This document shows, piece by piece, positions 52,134-64,000 of a DNA stretch of 64,000 nt. The position numbers were made by a program, and so were the translations under genes. The stretch lies in the NCBI GenBank assembly GCA_965112155.1, contig OZ218098.1; one strand, 5' to 3'. The notes beneath the pieces were generated by a model, which saw only the letters and a program-made list of their open reading frames with translations, ran no database searches and was not told the origin of the DNA. The DNA is from Podarcis liolepis (lineage: Eukaryota). Within the stretch, counting starts at the first letter, position 1; every line of letters starts with the position of its first letter.

Positions 52134-52135
<2 letters not shown>

Positions 52136-52249
52136 CATCATGTGGCATGTTTACTTCTGCACTTGAATTTAAGCCTGTGAGAACATCATATGCCTGTGGG
52201 TTTGCATATATTATATATAACATATTTGCAGACAGCGTTGAAATATAAA

Positions 52250-52455
52250 GCCAGTGTGGCAAAGCAGTGTGTTGGAGTGAGACCTGTGAGACCATGGTTT
52301 GAATCCCCACTTAGCCATGAAGCTCACTGGGGGACCTTAGACCAGTCACTCATTCTTAGCCTAACCTATCTCACAGGCTTGTTGTGGAGGAGGAGGAGAA
52401 TTATGTATTCCACCCTGAGCTCCTTGAAGGAAAGGTGGGATATAAATAAATAAAT
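52250..52455 (+). mobile_element. tRNA-derived (MIR-like) SINE
   Basis: A-box-like GTGGCAAAGCAG, B-box-like GGTTTGAATCCC, core CCTAACCTATCTCACAGG..TGTTGTG and an (AAAT)n tail. Similar fragments near 320-420, 10600-10700, 49050-49100 and 60310-60480. Confidence 0.6.
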
Positions 52456-52526
52456 AGTAGCCCAAGCATATGTTCTAATTTCCTTGTTCCTTTCATCTGT
52501 GTTTCTGCAGCTCCCCAGCCGACAGG

Positions 52527-55500
52527 ATGGTGGTGCTACAGAGCTACTGTGAGGGGAACGATTCCCTGGCACGTGCATGGGCTCAGCAGGGGCTGTACCC
52601 CTGTTTCTACTTCACGCTGGTGCCCTCCGTGCAGCTCAGCGTCTGCATCCTCTTGGGGGCCCTGCAGTACGCTTGCTATGCCCGGTTCAGCCGCACCATG
52701 GAGCCAAAGTATATCCCACGTTCCCGCCTGTACCACATCCAAGTCCTCCTCTCTCTGCTCCTTGCACTGCTGCCCTTTGTCACCTTTCTGTGGCAGGTGT
52801 TGGGCATGCAACAGCTTTATGGGTACATGGTGCTGTACGCCTGCCTCTCTGCCGCGAGCTGGATCAGCTCGGTTGGGCTGCTCCACCTGGAACGCACCAG
52901 AGTTCTGGCGCAGGACCGGATCAGAGGCCATGGTGCCATCCTCCTCCTTTTTTGGGCTCTGGCTTTTGCAGCCGAGAACCTGGCCTTCATCTCCTGGAAC
53001 AGCCCACTCTGGTGGTGGGGCTTGGAAAACGCCAACCAGAAGGTAGGTCAATGAGGGTTTGGCAACAGGTAGGAGCATATATATACAGTGGTACCTTGAG
53101 TTACAAACGCCTCAGGTTACAAACTCCGCTAACCTGGAAGAATTACCCTGAGGTGAGAACTTTGCCCTAGGATGAGAACGGAAATTGTGTGCTGGCAGTG
53201 CAGCGGCAGCAAGAGGCCCCATTAGCAAAAGCACAGTTTCAGGTTAAGAACAGTTTCTGGTTAAGAATAGACCTCCAGAACAAATGAAGTTCGTAACTAG
53301 AGGTACCACTGTATCCTGGATTTTTTTGGCAGGGTGGTAGAATATTTGGAGATGGGAGAAGATTAGAACCAAATAAACCTGCTGATTTCAACACTTGCTA
53401 GTTGTTGCTCTTAAGTGCCAGCCACTGCTTGGCGCCTTCTTCCCAGCCCATTTTTGCTGAGTCACTGTTGTTTGAGCTACAGAAAGCTTTAGACATGAGT
53501 GGTGTGTGCTCCTCCCCCTTTCCACACAACCACACATGCACGCGCGCGCACACACACGCACACACACACAGGAGATTGCTGAATAATTTGCAGGGGACTT
53601 TGCCCAGTGACTCAGCACAAAGTCCTACCAAAAAGGCTTTCCAGCCACAAGTTGAGATTTCACATTTCTTTACATCGTTAACTAACATCCTTGCCCTCTG
53701 GCAATACCCTTTAGCAAGAGACTGGAAAGTAGAGAACTTATTCCATGGCACAGATTCCATGTAACGATTAGGGCCTGACCACTATTCCCCCACCCCAACT
53801 GTACAGCTGAATTGCCCACTGTCTACACACCTCCTTATGGGACTCCTCATATTCCAGGGTTTTCAAAATGTGGCTGAGGTTCATGCGAGTTGTAGCCCAA
53901 GCACATCTGGAGAGCACCTGGCTGGGGAAGGCTGGCAACAGCTCTCCCCCCAGCCCTACCTGGAGATTCCCAGATGGGTGGGATATAAAGAAGCTAGTTA
54001 AGCCTAGCTTAACTATGGTTTGTTTAAAGATGTGAATCCAGCGTAGCAGACTAGCCAAGATTTGTTCTTTTTGGGTGGTTGGTTTGTTTTTGGCCAACAA
54101 ACAATGTGAAGCCATTTTGCAAGTGGCAGCCTACCATTTTTCGAGTCAAGATGTCATCTCCTTGCGAAGGCCCCTCACTCTTCATCCACAGAGGAACCAA
54201 GAACTCACATTTAGGAGCAAATATCCTCCTGTCTTGCCATTCCAGACAGCTTCAGGCTTCTTCCTTTCTACCTCAGTCACATGACCTAACTTCCCCTGCT
54301 GGCCATCTGCCCTAACTGCAGGCATCTTCAAACAGGAACAGGCTTCAGGAAGCAACAGGAAGCAAATTCAGCCAAGCCATCTTCACAATTCTCTAGGGGT
54401 CAGGACCATCTATCACCAAATGTTCCTTAAAGCTTCTGGGAGGGATTGTATCCTGGGGTTTTCTGCAAGGAATTAGATTATGTGATATAGGATAATTATG
54501 TGTGTTCTAGATCCAATGTTTTTATGTACTTGGCAAGTCTTTGGTCAATTGGCTCAAATCATGCTTTTGGCCAATGAAATGCCTAAAAAGATTTTAAATA
54601 ATAAATCAAGTTTAAAAATACCGCCCTTGATGGGTGTTTCCCTCTCTCCACTCCAAGCCATTTGACTCTTGGTTTAGATCTTAGAAAGGAAGCACTGCTT
54701 GGTTTGTAGCTTTCAGTGGGGAGCAAAGCGGGGCAGGTGGGTCGCTGCGAGACACACATCTGACATGAGATCAACCTCCTCCAGGTACAATTCAGCCTGT
54801 GGTTACTGCGCTACTTCTGCACCTTCGCCCTCTTTGCCCTGGGGATAAAGGCCCCAGGGCTGCCTCGAAAACCCTACATGCTGCTGATCAATGAAGATGA
54901 ACGCGACGTGGAGCATAGTCAGGTAGGTTTCTCTTCTCCTAAACAGCCCAATTCTTCTTCTACGTCTGCCTGTCTCTGTCTATCCTGTTAATTCCACCCC
55001 CGTGAACCAGTTGCAGGGTGTGCGGGGAGGGAACTAGAATAACATTATTGGTGCCAGAAGCACTACTCTGTTAAGAAGAGCCTGTAGCTGCGGTTTCTCT
55101 CTTTAAAATAGCTGCCATTTTGAAACAGTATTACAGTTCCACACAGGGGCCACATTCACACCGTATATTTAAAGCACTGTGACTCTAAGCAGTCATGACT
55201 CCCCCCAAAGAATTATGGGAGCTGTAGTTTGTTAAGGGTTCTGAGAGTTGTTGGGAGACCTCTATTCTCTTCCCAGAACTACAGTTTCCAGAGTGGTTTT
55301 ACAGTTAATCCCTGCATACAGATCAGGAGCTTTTAACCAATGATATGACACTGAAAAAAATAAACAGGTGGATGCTGCTTTTGTGGTCCTGGAGCTGCAG
55401 TGGGGTGGGTGGGTGGGAGCAGCACCTGTTGAATTTATCCGAATTTTAAAGATGTTAAAATCACAGGAGCCTCAGTGGCTAAGCTCTGGATGGAGAGAAC

Positions 55501-58500
55501 TGGCAATGCTAGAATGCACCTTCAGAGTAGATTGCAGGCTGTAGGGAAAAGTTCACCAAAGGTGTGGTTTGAAGAGGTTTGGAAACAAGTGTGCCTAGCT
55601 GGTTCAGTGGCACGAAACTTCCCTGTGAGGTGGAGCACTCAAGAGTGCCCTGAGGCAAAACTGTTGACTAACCTTACCAGTGGCCCTTTTGCCATGGACT
55701 GTTGGGCTAGTGAGAGATTGAGTACTTGTGTACATTTAGGGCTGTTGTAAAGGTTACAGAGAGGCAAGTTAGATATGGATGTGTCAGTATAGTAGGGTGA
55801 GATCTGATTTTTTTAAATCAAAATGAATGCCAATCATCTGATGTCCAAGTTGGCCTCTGGGGTACAGACAGATAGTGATCTGGCCTGCTGGGTGGTCCTA
55901 AAAGATTCCCCACCACAGGGTGAGTGAGTTAAGGAGCTGAATGTTCATTGCTCCCTTTTACACTGGTGGCTAATGAAGGAAATTTTGCAACTGTGCAAAA
56001 GAGCTTTGAGTTCTATCTAATATATATTTTAAATGTTCATCGTTGGAGAATCACTTTTGTTGGTTTAAAAAAAAGGGGGGAACTGAAGGTGAATGTGAAT
56101 AGGCTCCAGCAGGTGGCACTGTGGATATTTCTTGTATATGATCTCTGCACTAATCAGTAAAAAATTAGAATTTGCTGCCCATGCCATCAATGCCGTTTCT
56201 GCAACCAGAAAATCTGATCTCTGTGACCTGTATCAATTATGCAATTTAAACAGATGTTCACAATGTCTTGTATTAATTCTGCAATATTAAAAATTAGCTT
56301 CTGCAATGTATTTTGGTTTGGGGAGAAAATGTGATTAATTAAGGAAGGGGAACCGTTGGCCCTCTGGGTGTTCATAGACTCCAGCACCCCTCAGCCCCAG
56401 CCAACATGGCCAATGGTCAAGGATGATGGGAGTTGTAGTCCAGCAACATATGGAGGACCACAGGTTCCCCACTCCTGCCATAATAAATTGATGGAGGAGG
56501 GCAAAACCAACAGCTGTTTGCCATGACACCAAATCTTGTGAATCTCCTGGAACATCTAGTTGACCACAGAATGTTATACTAGAAGGACCTTAATGAGCCT
56601 TGGAGTAATCTGTAATTTCACTTCTTTTGCTGGAATAGCGGCATTTACTGGTGAGTGTCATTATGTGGCTCAAGTACTGTATTCCTATACCACTATAACT
56701 GCTTGAGAATACTGGGCCAGATTGGAGGTCACTGTAGTCCTAGCGCTGGGGTGGTACTGCTTCATACAGTAAAATCTGGACACCGTGGACCCTCTGAATA
56801 TATATTTCATTTCTTAAATTTATATCCTGCTCTTTCTTGTATAGGAGTCCTATTCAAACATTTAAAAAAAGATTTTGCAACACTGCGCCTTTCTAGTCCT
56901 ATTTTTTCCTGAACATTTTCTGCACCGAACCCTCAAGTTCTGTGACTCTCATGGTTTTCCTTCCCTTTCCAGTTGTGTTTACTTGAAATGCTCTCTGTGC
57001 CCTTTGCTGAGAAGTGACCATAGCCCCCCCATCTTGCTCAGTTGCCCCCTCCCAGGTGTTGGCTCTCATCGTTGCCCAGATGCCATTTGAATAGGTTGTT
57101 GTGGTCCCCTTCCCCAAATATTCCCTGCCAAAAAGCAGAGTCCCCTTCCCCTACTCACTGTCCTTTCTGTGTCTCAGCCCCTGCTTCCAGATGCCAGACA
57201 GAATCGCTCCACCTGGAGGGATCTGGGCCGGAAGATAAGTCTCCTCATACAGTACATGTGGCCCAAGGGGAGCTACCCACTGCAGGGGCTGGTGATCGTC
57301 TGCCTGATGCTGATGGGGCTGGAGCGTGGCATCAACGTCTTCGTGCCCCTCTACTACAAGTACATTGGTAAGCGGAAAGGGCTGCTTCCAGAGAGGCATG
57401 GTGCTGCCGCCCCTAGCAGAGGCGGATGTGCAATGGGAGAGGGCCTGGCATTAATGTCAGGGGTTTCTCTTAGAATGGGGTTTGGGGAGAGGACAGAACC
57501 TCTGTTTGGACAAGTATTCTGAATTGACCAAGAGAGGGCGCCCTGATATAGGCATTGGCAAATGTGCAGAGGACTTACAGGGAAGAGAAGGGGCCAAGGG
57601 CAACCTTTGGGGCTGCTTAAAGGTAAAGGGACCCCTGACCGTTAGGTCCAGTCACAGACGACTCTGGGGTTGCAGCGCTCATCTCACTTTATTGGCTGAA
57701 GGAGCTGGTGTACAGCCTCCGGGTCATGTAGCCAGCATGACAAAGCGGCTTCTGGCGAACCAGAGCAGCGCACGGAAACGTCGTTTACCTTTCCGCCAAA
57801 AGCCAGGTAGACCTTTGGCTGGATACAGATATTGCAGCCAACTGGAAGCTCTTCAGGGAGCGGGTCCTTATCAAACACTTGTTTCTAAACACTAGTTTTG
57901 GAGGCACTCGCTCAATGTGTAATGTTTGAAGAGGCCCTTAAGCAGCCTGGTTCCTTGAGGCCTGCAGAGCCCTTGACACGTTTAAGGGACAGGCTTGGCA
58001 TGTCCAGCACAGCATGAGGGCTCAGGGCTTCCAAAGCATGCACCATCAGGGGCGAGAGAATGCCCCAGGGCCTGAGGTGGTGCGGAGCAGCTTATATAGA
58101 TAATAATTTTATTATTTATACCCCTCATATTGTGCTGGGTTGCCCCAGCCACTCTCCTTGTTGTGGCATGAGGAGAAGCAGTTTTTAAATAGATTCCTTG
58201 CCTGGTATTGGAGGCCGACTACCCACATGAGAATAAGCTCTGGTTGTTATTATTGTTTTAAATACTGGGACAGTGTGCTCAGAACATGATCTCTTGAGGT
58301 GGAGCCAGTCATAAGAAGTAAACAGGGCTGTTGAGTCCCCGTTGCACTGACTGACCACGTTGCTCCCGATTGCTCTTGCCCCTTAGAACTAGGGTGGACA
58401 GCCAGTGTGGCCCCCAGACCTCTCTACTTGGCCCTCAGAACTTTCCCCTAGCCAAGCCCCTCACCGGCCCTGCATCATGTCCCAAAGCGTTGTTGCCTGT

Positions 58501-58809
58501 CTGGAATGTGTCCTTGAACTCTGGGAATGCCTCTTGCTTACCTGGATGGAGGACAGAGAAGTGTGTGTGAAGAGAGCGGGCTGCTGTACAAAGCTAAAAT
58601 TTACATTTGTTGCCCAGCCCACTTTTGCCTCTGGCTCCGCCCAGCACTAGCATGTGGTCCAGGGAAGGTTATCCAGGAAGGAATGCAGCCCTCGGGCCAT
58701 AGAGGCACCTCAAGCCCTGTGAAGAAGAAAGAGGCAGTGCACTGAGGCTGAGGGTGGGGGGAGTTCTTTGCTGTACCACTTGGGACTGCAGGGGTGGAAG
58801 TTGTTGTTG

Positions 58810-58859
<50 letters not shown>

Positions 58860-61800
58860 TATACCCTGCCCATCTGGCTGGGTTTCCCCAGCCACTCTGG
58901 GTGGCTTACAGCATATCTAAAACATAGCAAAACATCAAATATGAAAAACTTCTCGATACAGGGTTGTCTTCAGATGTCTTCTAAAAGTTATGTAGTTCCT
59001 TATCTCCTTGACATCTGAAGGGATGGCGTTCCACAGGGAGGGCGCCACTACCAAGAAGGCCTTCTGCCTGGTCTTACTTCTGAATGGTTTCTCATATAAA
59101 AATAGCTGATGATAGAAGAAGGCGAAGGGAGTTGTATTGCCTCTCCCCAATATGCCAGTTTAAAAAATCTGGCACCCCTTCCTGCTCGCAGTCTCTAGAA
59201 TGCTGCCATCTCATTTTTGCAAACTAGGTAGAGCAGGAATTGCTTCCGCCCCTGTGTTTACATTCCTCCATTCGGCCCCATTCTTCATCAAAGCCTTCTT
59301 GTTTCCCTTCCTCTACCAAGCTTGACTCTCCCTACACACCTCCAGGATCTCATCCCTGCTCTCCTGTGGCTTCCCTCCTTCCCTCCCAGGCCAACCTTCT
59401 TCATCAAACTTACATTTTGAACTTTGTGGGGCAGGATGCAACTTTCCTGTTTAGGAACGTGTTTAATAAGAGTAGAGGGAGACTTGCATTTCCAACTGAA
59501 TCTGCACAGTCATATGGCATTAGTTTGGGGGATTGGGAGAAGACTTTGGTACAGGAAGACTCGGGGAATTTAGTGACGCTCTTGGATCTCCCTGAGGCTT
59601 CTGTCCTGAGCCCTGACCTCCTATCTTGCTTACTCCCAGACTAACTCTGCATTGAGCTTCAGGGGTGGGGGGGTGGGGAAGAGGTGGGCAGGCCGTGGAG
59701 GAGGGGCGCTGCCTTTGTTAGCAGAAGCCGTTGGTGTGTGCCAGGTTCCCATGCCCCGGTGGGCGGTGCAAGTGCCAGCTCAGGGCAGCTATTGAGAGGT
59801 GTCTGAATAGGGGAGGATGGACTCCGGACCTGCCTTTCAGCCCTGACTTTTAGACTTTACAAAGGAGTCATTGCAGGCGGGAGGCATGGAATTGCAAACT
59901 GCATACCAAATCGCTCGATGGGAATGGATTCGGGAGTGGGGGAAGCTCTCTGCCCTACATGCTAAGCAGCTGCTGAGCAGATATATTCTTCTTCGTCCCA
60001 CCTGGGGGAGATGGGTGCACCCTCCAGATCTCAGCCAGATCGCCTAGCCTGCCAGCAACCTCGGCACATCGAGCTGCTGTTTCTGCCAGTCCTGGGCCCA
60101 AATGCTCTTACCTGCAGCATGGACTTAAGAACAGGGGCAGAGCAGTGCTCCATCTAGCTCTGTGATGGGCGAACTAGGCCTCTGTCAGGCTGCTACATAT
60201 GGCCACCGAACCCTAGGTAGCTTTGCTGCGCTTTCCTTCTTGCCATTATTGCCAAGGCATGGAAGGAGGTGCAATGAAGCAGAAGTGGGTGGAGAGATGA
60301 CACACCTCCAAGTCTGGGATTCAGTCTGGGAGATCTGGGTTGAAATCCTACCTTTGCCACGGGCCCGTTGTGTGGCTTTAGCCGCCTCCTTGTTGTTCGT
60401 CCTCAGTTCGCTGTGTTGCGGAATGGGAACAGCCTACCTCGTGGTAGTTGCGTAGAACAAAATATTGCAAAAGAGTTATTTTAAAATGAAAAGCAGCCTG
60501 TGGGTGATATGTAATAACAGCAGCGAGGTCTCTGTTCCAGGTTGCCCGTCCTCATTGCCTCCCCCCCCCCCTCCGCAAGGATGCCAACCTCTCTCCACGT
60601 GTGAGAGTATCATTTCTACCTGTGCTTGGGAACAGGGTGGATTAACACTCTCCACCATGTGCTGGGTAAAGCAAGTTGGGTTGTGGGGAAGGGGATCCTC
60701 CCCCCCCCCATGTAGAGAGAATGAAAGGCAAAGGAGGGGCACTCCCAGATGGGGTCACCCACCCTGCCAGTTAGGATTACCCAGCAAAGTGCCGCTGGCG
60801 GGGAGCAAACAAGGAGCCTTTGTGTCCTCTGCCTGGTCTCCCAGCAGCCCAGCAGTGGGGTGGGAGGGGTGGGATCTTTGTGGCTGTGTGGTGCCTTGAA
60901 AGAGAATAAAGGAAGCCAGGAGACTCCACCGGTGGTGTCTTTCCCAGCAAAGGATGGGGCAGGATGAGTACGAGGTATGCAAAACAAGGAGGGGGACTAT
61001 CAGAGGGGAGCTCTGTGTCAGGAGAGCAGGATCCGACCCAAAGTGGAAAGCTTTCAGGCTATAATGCCTGGTAGGGTTTGGCGGGGGGTGGGGGCGTGAG
61101 GAAACCCCAAAGCTGGTGCTTTGAAATCACGAGGATACAGGAGTGGGAGATGGCTACTTTCCACTCATCAAGCTGTGTGCTGCCTGTCCATCACAGTCCA
61201 AAACTGATGATGAAATCCCCCACCCACCCTAGCCTGATCCAGACAGTTTTGCTCAGGCTTTTGCCTGCAATAATACCTCTTCCCCACCCCTGCCTGTTCT
61301 GTGGCAGCCCTGCCTCCTCCTAAGGCAGCAGTGCCCTATAGGCCTGGGCAGCCTATGAGATTCAGGGGATGAGACTACAACAGGTAGGTGTTAGGCATTT
61401 CCTTGGCACTCATAGATACAGCCACCATTCTCAGGCAGGAACGCAGGGGGGCTAATTGTAGGCATTTTCTTTCTTGATCTGCTGAGGTAGCTCTGTCCTT
61501 CTCCATCCAGGCCAGCTTTGAGATCTTTGTTGCCTGGGCACAAAGATCAAGTTTCATGGTGCTTTTCCCGAAAAAATAGCAGTATTTCAGTATTTGGGAC
61601 CTATTGCCTGGGGTCAGTGCCCCACTGTATGACTGTGCATGGCTTGAGACAAAAGCTGGCGTAAAGAGGTGTGCCTTCAGCATTCACCCAAAGCTGTGTA
61701 ATGAAGATACCAGACTCACCTCTGTGGGGAGGGAGGCGCACAACTTAGGGGCTGCCACAGATAATGCCTTCTCTCTGCCCCCCCCCCCCAAGTTTTGAGG

Positions 61801-63994
61801 TAGGGTGAGAACTTCCATGCATTTACTGCATGTATAACACAGGGCTCCCATGATGTCTTTGGGGATCAGTTTCTGTGGGCAGCATCTTGCTGGAAGCAGT
61901 GTCAGAGCCTAGACTCAGAATTCTTCTTCTGAGTGTTCCTTCCAGCAGAAGTCTGGAGCGTGTCAACAAGAGACAAGGCCTTTTCAGTGGTGACTCCTCT
62001 CCTCACAACCCTTCATTCCCTCCCTTCATGGAACGCTCTCCCCAAACAGACTTGGCCACATGAATGCCTTTTCATTGCCTGGCAAAACTTTTATCTTTCC
62101 CCAGACATTTCATTCTGCTATTTTTGTGGACTTTTCCTGGCTAGTTAATTTTAATAGTGATCATGTTTAGACATTTTGTGCTGTAACTTGTCTCGAGACT
62201 ATTTTGTATGAAGCAGAGTCACCAACAGAATTAAGGCAATGGTGGGGAATGTTTTCCAGACCGAGGGCCACTTTCCCTTCTGGGCAACCTTCTAAGGGCC
62301 ACATCTCGGTGGTGGGTGGTGCCAGGGGCAAAAGTGGGTGGAGCAGTGCAGATCGTACCTTTGTACAATAGTCTAGCTTCTACAAACACCCCCCCCCCCT
62401 TTCTGTCCTCCATCTGGGCAGCCAAAGCATTATCAGAGCTTAAGGGCACATTCCAGCCAGGCAAAAACATCCAAGGAGGGTGCAAAGCGGATCCAGTATG
62501 TGTGTGATACCGAGAGTGCCTGAGAGCCACGTAGAGAGGCTTGTGGGACTTCATTTGGGCTCTGCGCTCAGTGGCGTAGCGTGGGTTGTCAGCACCCGGG
62601 GCATGGCAAGTAATTTGTGCCCCCTAACCCGTGGATTTGCGCCCCCTAACCCGTGGATTTGCGTCCCCTAACCCTAACCCCCAGATGTTGCGCCCGGTGC
62701 GGGCGGCCCCCCCTGCACCCCCCACGCTACGCCACTGTCTGTGCTACCCCTTTGGTTATGGCCTTCAAAGTGACTATTGTTTCCTGTCCTCCAGTGAACG
62801 ATCTGACGACAGGGGCTAGTTGGCGTATCCTTCTTCAAACCGTCTGCATCTATGCGGCCCTCAAGTTCCTCCAGGGAGGAGGTGCTGGTGAGTCAGTTGT
62901 TGTGCGTACACACCCGCACATGTGCGCTTTGGCTGAGGCTGCTTTGGGATTACCTGCGTCCACCTTCGCCATCCGTTTGTGCTTTCTCTCCATTTTTAGC
63001 CTTCCTGCATACTGAGAAAGCAGGTGGTTCCGTTAATCTGTTGTGAGGAGCGTGTGGCCTTTTGGATGACGTTGGACCAGAACTCCCACTGTTCCTGGTC
63101 ACAGGCCATGCTGACTGGGTCCAACAGCAACTGAAGGGCTACAGGTCCCCCACCTGTCCCAATCTTGACACCCTCATGAGCCCCCAGCGTTCAGTAAATC
63201 CCATAGGCCCCTAAGCATAGACCCTTGGGCCGTTTTTTGTTTTAATTTGCAAACAAAAATACTTCTACATACCCGGGAGTCCCCTGCCTGCTCCCAGGAA
63301 GGTATAGTTGGCAGTGGAGAACCAACCGTCCTCAGTTCCTAGAACAGTGACATTCAGAGTGAACTTTGCCTGCGCTCAGGGATGCTTGAAGGCTCCAAGG
63401 TAGTTCCAAGGCAATAGAAGCCATTTGCCAGATCCTTCTGGGTTACAGTAGGAGGCAGGTTTTCAACTGGAAGCAGAAGACAACCACAGGAGCCAACCCC
63501 CGCTCTTCTCTCTCTAGGCTCCACTGGCTTCATTAGCAACATGCGCACTTTCCTGTGGATCCGCGTGCAGCAGTTCACCAGCCGCGAAATCCAGGTCCAG
63601 CTCCTCAGGCACCTCCACAGCCTCTCCCTTCGGTGGCACCTGGGTCGCAAGACGGGCGAGGTGCTGCGCAGTGTCGACAGAGGCACTAGCAGCATCAACA
63701 ACTTGCTCAGGTGTGCTTGTGGGTCTGGCTAGTGGGGGGCTCTCCATCACTCCTGGTTCAGGGGTGCCTGCACTCACGTGTTTTCTCCTGGCGATGTTGG
63801 TGGCCCTTGCATGCCGTGTGACCTTGTCTATCATGTGACCTGACTTGCTCCCCCCCCCTTTCTATTCGGCAGCTACATTGTCTTCAGCATCTTCCCCACG
63901 ATAGCCGACATCATAATTGCGATTGTGTATTTCACCACAACCTTCAGTGCCTGGTTCGGCCTTATCATCTTCCTCTGCATGAGCTTTTATCTTG
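52527..63994 (+). CDS. ABCB6: ABC transporter B6 (porphyrin/heavy-metal half-transporter), 5' partial; coding exons 52527-53042, 54785-54922, 57178-57367, 62795-62887, 63518-63710, 63873-63994; continues beyond the window
   Basis: In-phase GT-AG exons. TMD0 (YCE...W...GL.PCF.FTLVP; [23 protein letters not shown]), then [68 protein letters not shown]. Lies downstream of ATG9A on the same strand. Confidence 0.95.
53086..53311. mobile_element. Tc1/mariner-pogo-type MITE, same family as 27453-27677, opposite orientation
   Basis: TA|CAGTGGTACCT...AGGTACCACTG|TA with TA TSD; internal sequence is the reverse complement of the first copy. Confidence 0.85.
57619..57800 (-). mobile_element. Sauria-type SINE 3' portion
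   Basis: AAAGGTAAAGG (ACCTTT tail on the minus strand) followed by characteristic body GGACCCCTGACC..TAGGTCCAGTC..CCAGCATGAC..AACCAGAGCAGCGCACGGAAAC. Confidence 0.7.
58801..59075 (-). mobile_element. L2-like LINE 3' end with (TTG)n(TTA)n tail
   Basis: Peptide [32 protein letters not shown] plus a microsatellite at 58801-58858. Confidence 0.75.
62569..62737. mobile_element. hAT-type MITE with internal CCCTAA-containing tandem repeat
   Basis: Perfect 17-bp TIRs CAGTGGCGTAGCGTGGG / CCCACGCTACGCCACTG; TSD TCTGCGCT / TCTGTGCT. Confidence 0.88.
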
Positions 63995-64000
63995 GTGAGT

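Noticed and set aside
52536-53170. 165-197 aa alternative-frame and antisense ORFs over the first ABCB6 coding exon
   Set aside because: Shadow ORFs of a GC-rich coding exon; no independent motif.
62825-62834. GTATCCTTCT, a U12-donor-like motif inside an ABCB6 exon
   Set aside because: Coding similarity continues through it to a canonical GT donor at 62888; no matching U12 branch and acceptor identified.
1-64000. tRNA, rRNA, snoRNA, CRISPR array or intact transposase/RT genes
   Set aside because: None recognised by eye. A/B-box-like sequences belong to SINEs. An Infernal/Rfam scan would be needed to exclude small intronic RNAs.

Overview
Vertebrate genomic DNA, most likely a squamate reptile (inferred from a Sauria-type SINE and lizard-type MITE/L2/CR1 repeats). 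It holds four spliced genes in the order and orientation I recall for the human locus: GLB1L (+, 16 coding exons, 4515-13901, 630 aa), ANKZF1 (-, 15 coding exons, 27117-14994, 690 aa), ATG9A (+, 14 coding exons, 33514-44784, 850 aa) and the 5' part of ABCB6 (+, from 52527, running off the window). I assembled all exons by hand and checked phase continuity. ANKZF1 and ATG9A share a bidirectional CpG-island promoter, and GLB1L and ANKZF1 end tail-to-tail. I see no wholly new biological system. The best second-look items are: a U12-type AT-AC intron in ATG9A with a frameshifting GT-AG decoy, a GC-AG intron in ANKZF1, back-to-back convergent poly(A) signals, an ExxQPLL melanosomal-type motif and a relocated glycosylation sequon in ABCB6, a miR-101/144 seed cluster and a 19-nt direct repeat in the ATG9A 3' UTR, and several MITE insertions with intact TSDs next to exons. 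Gene identities and human comparisons come from memory of these proteins, not from a search.
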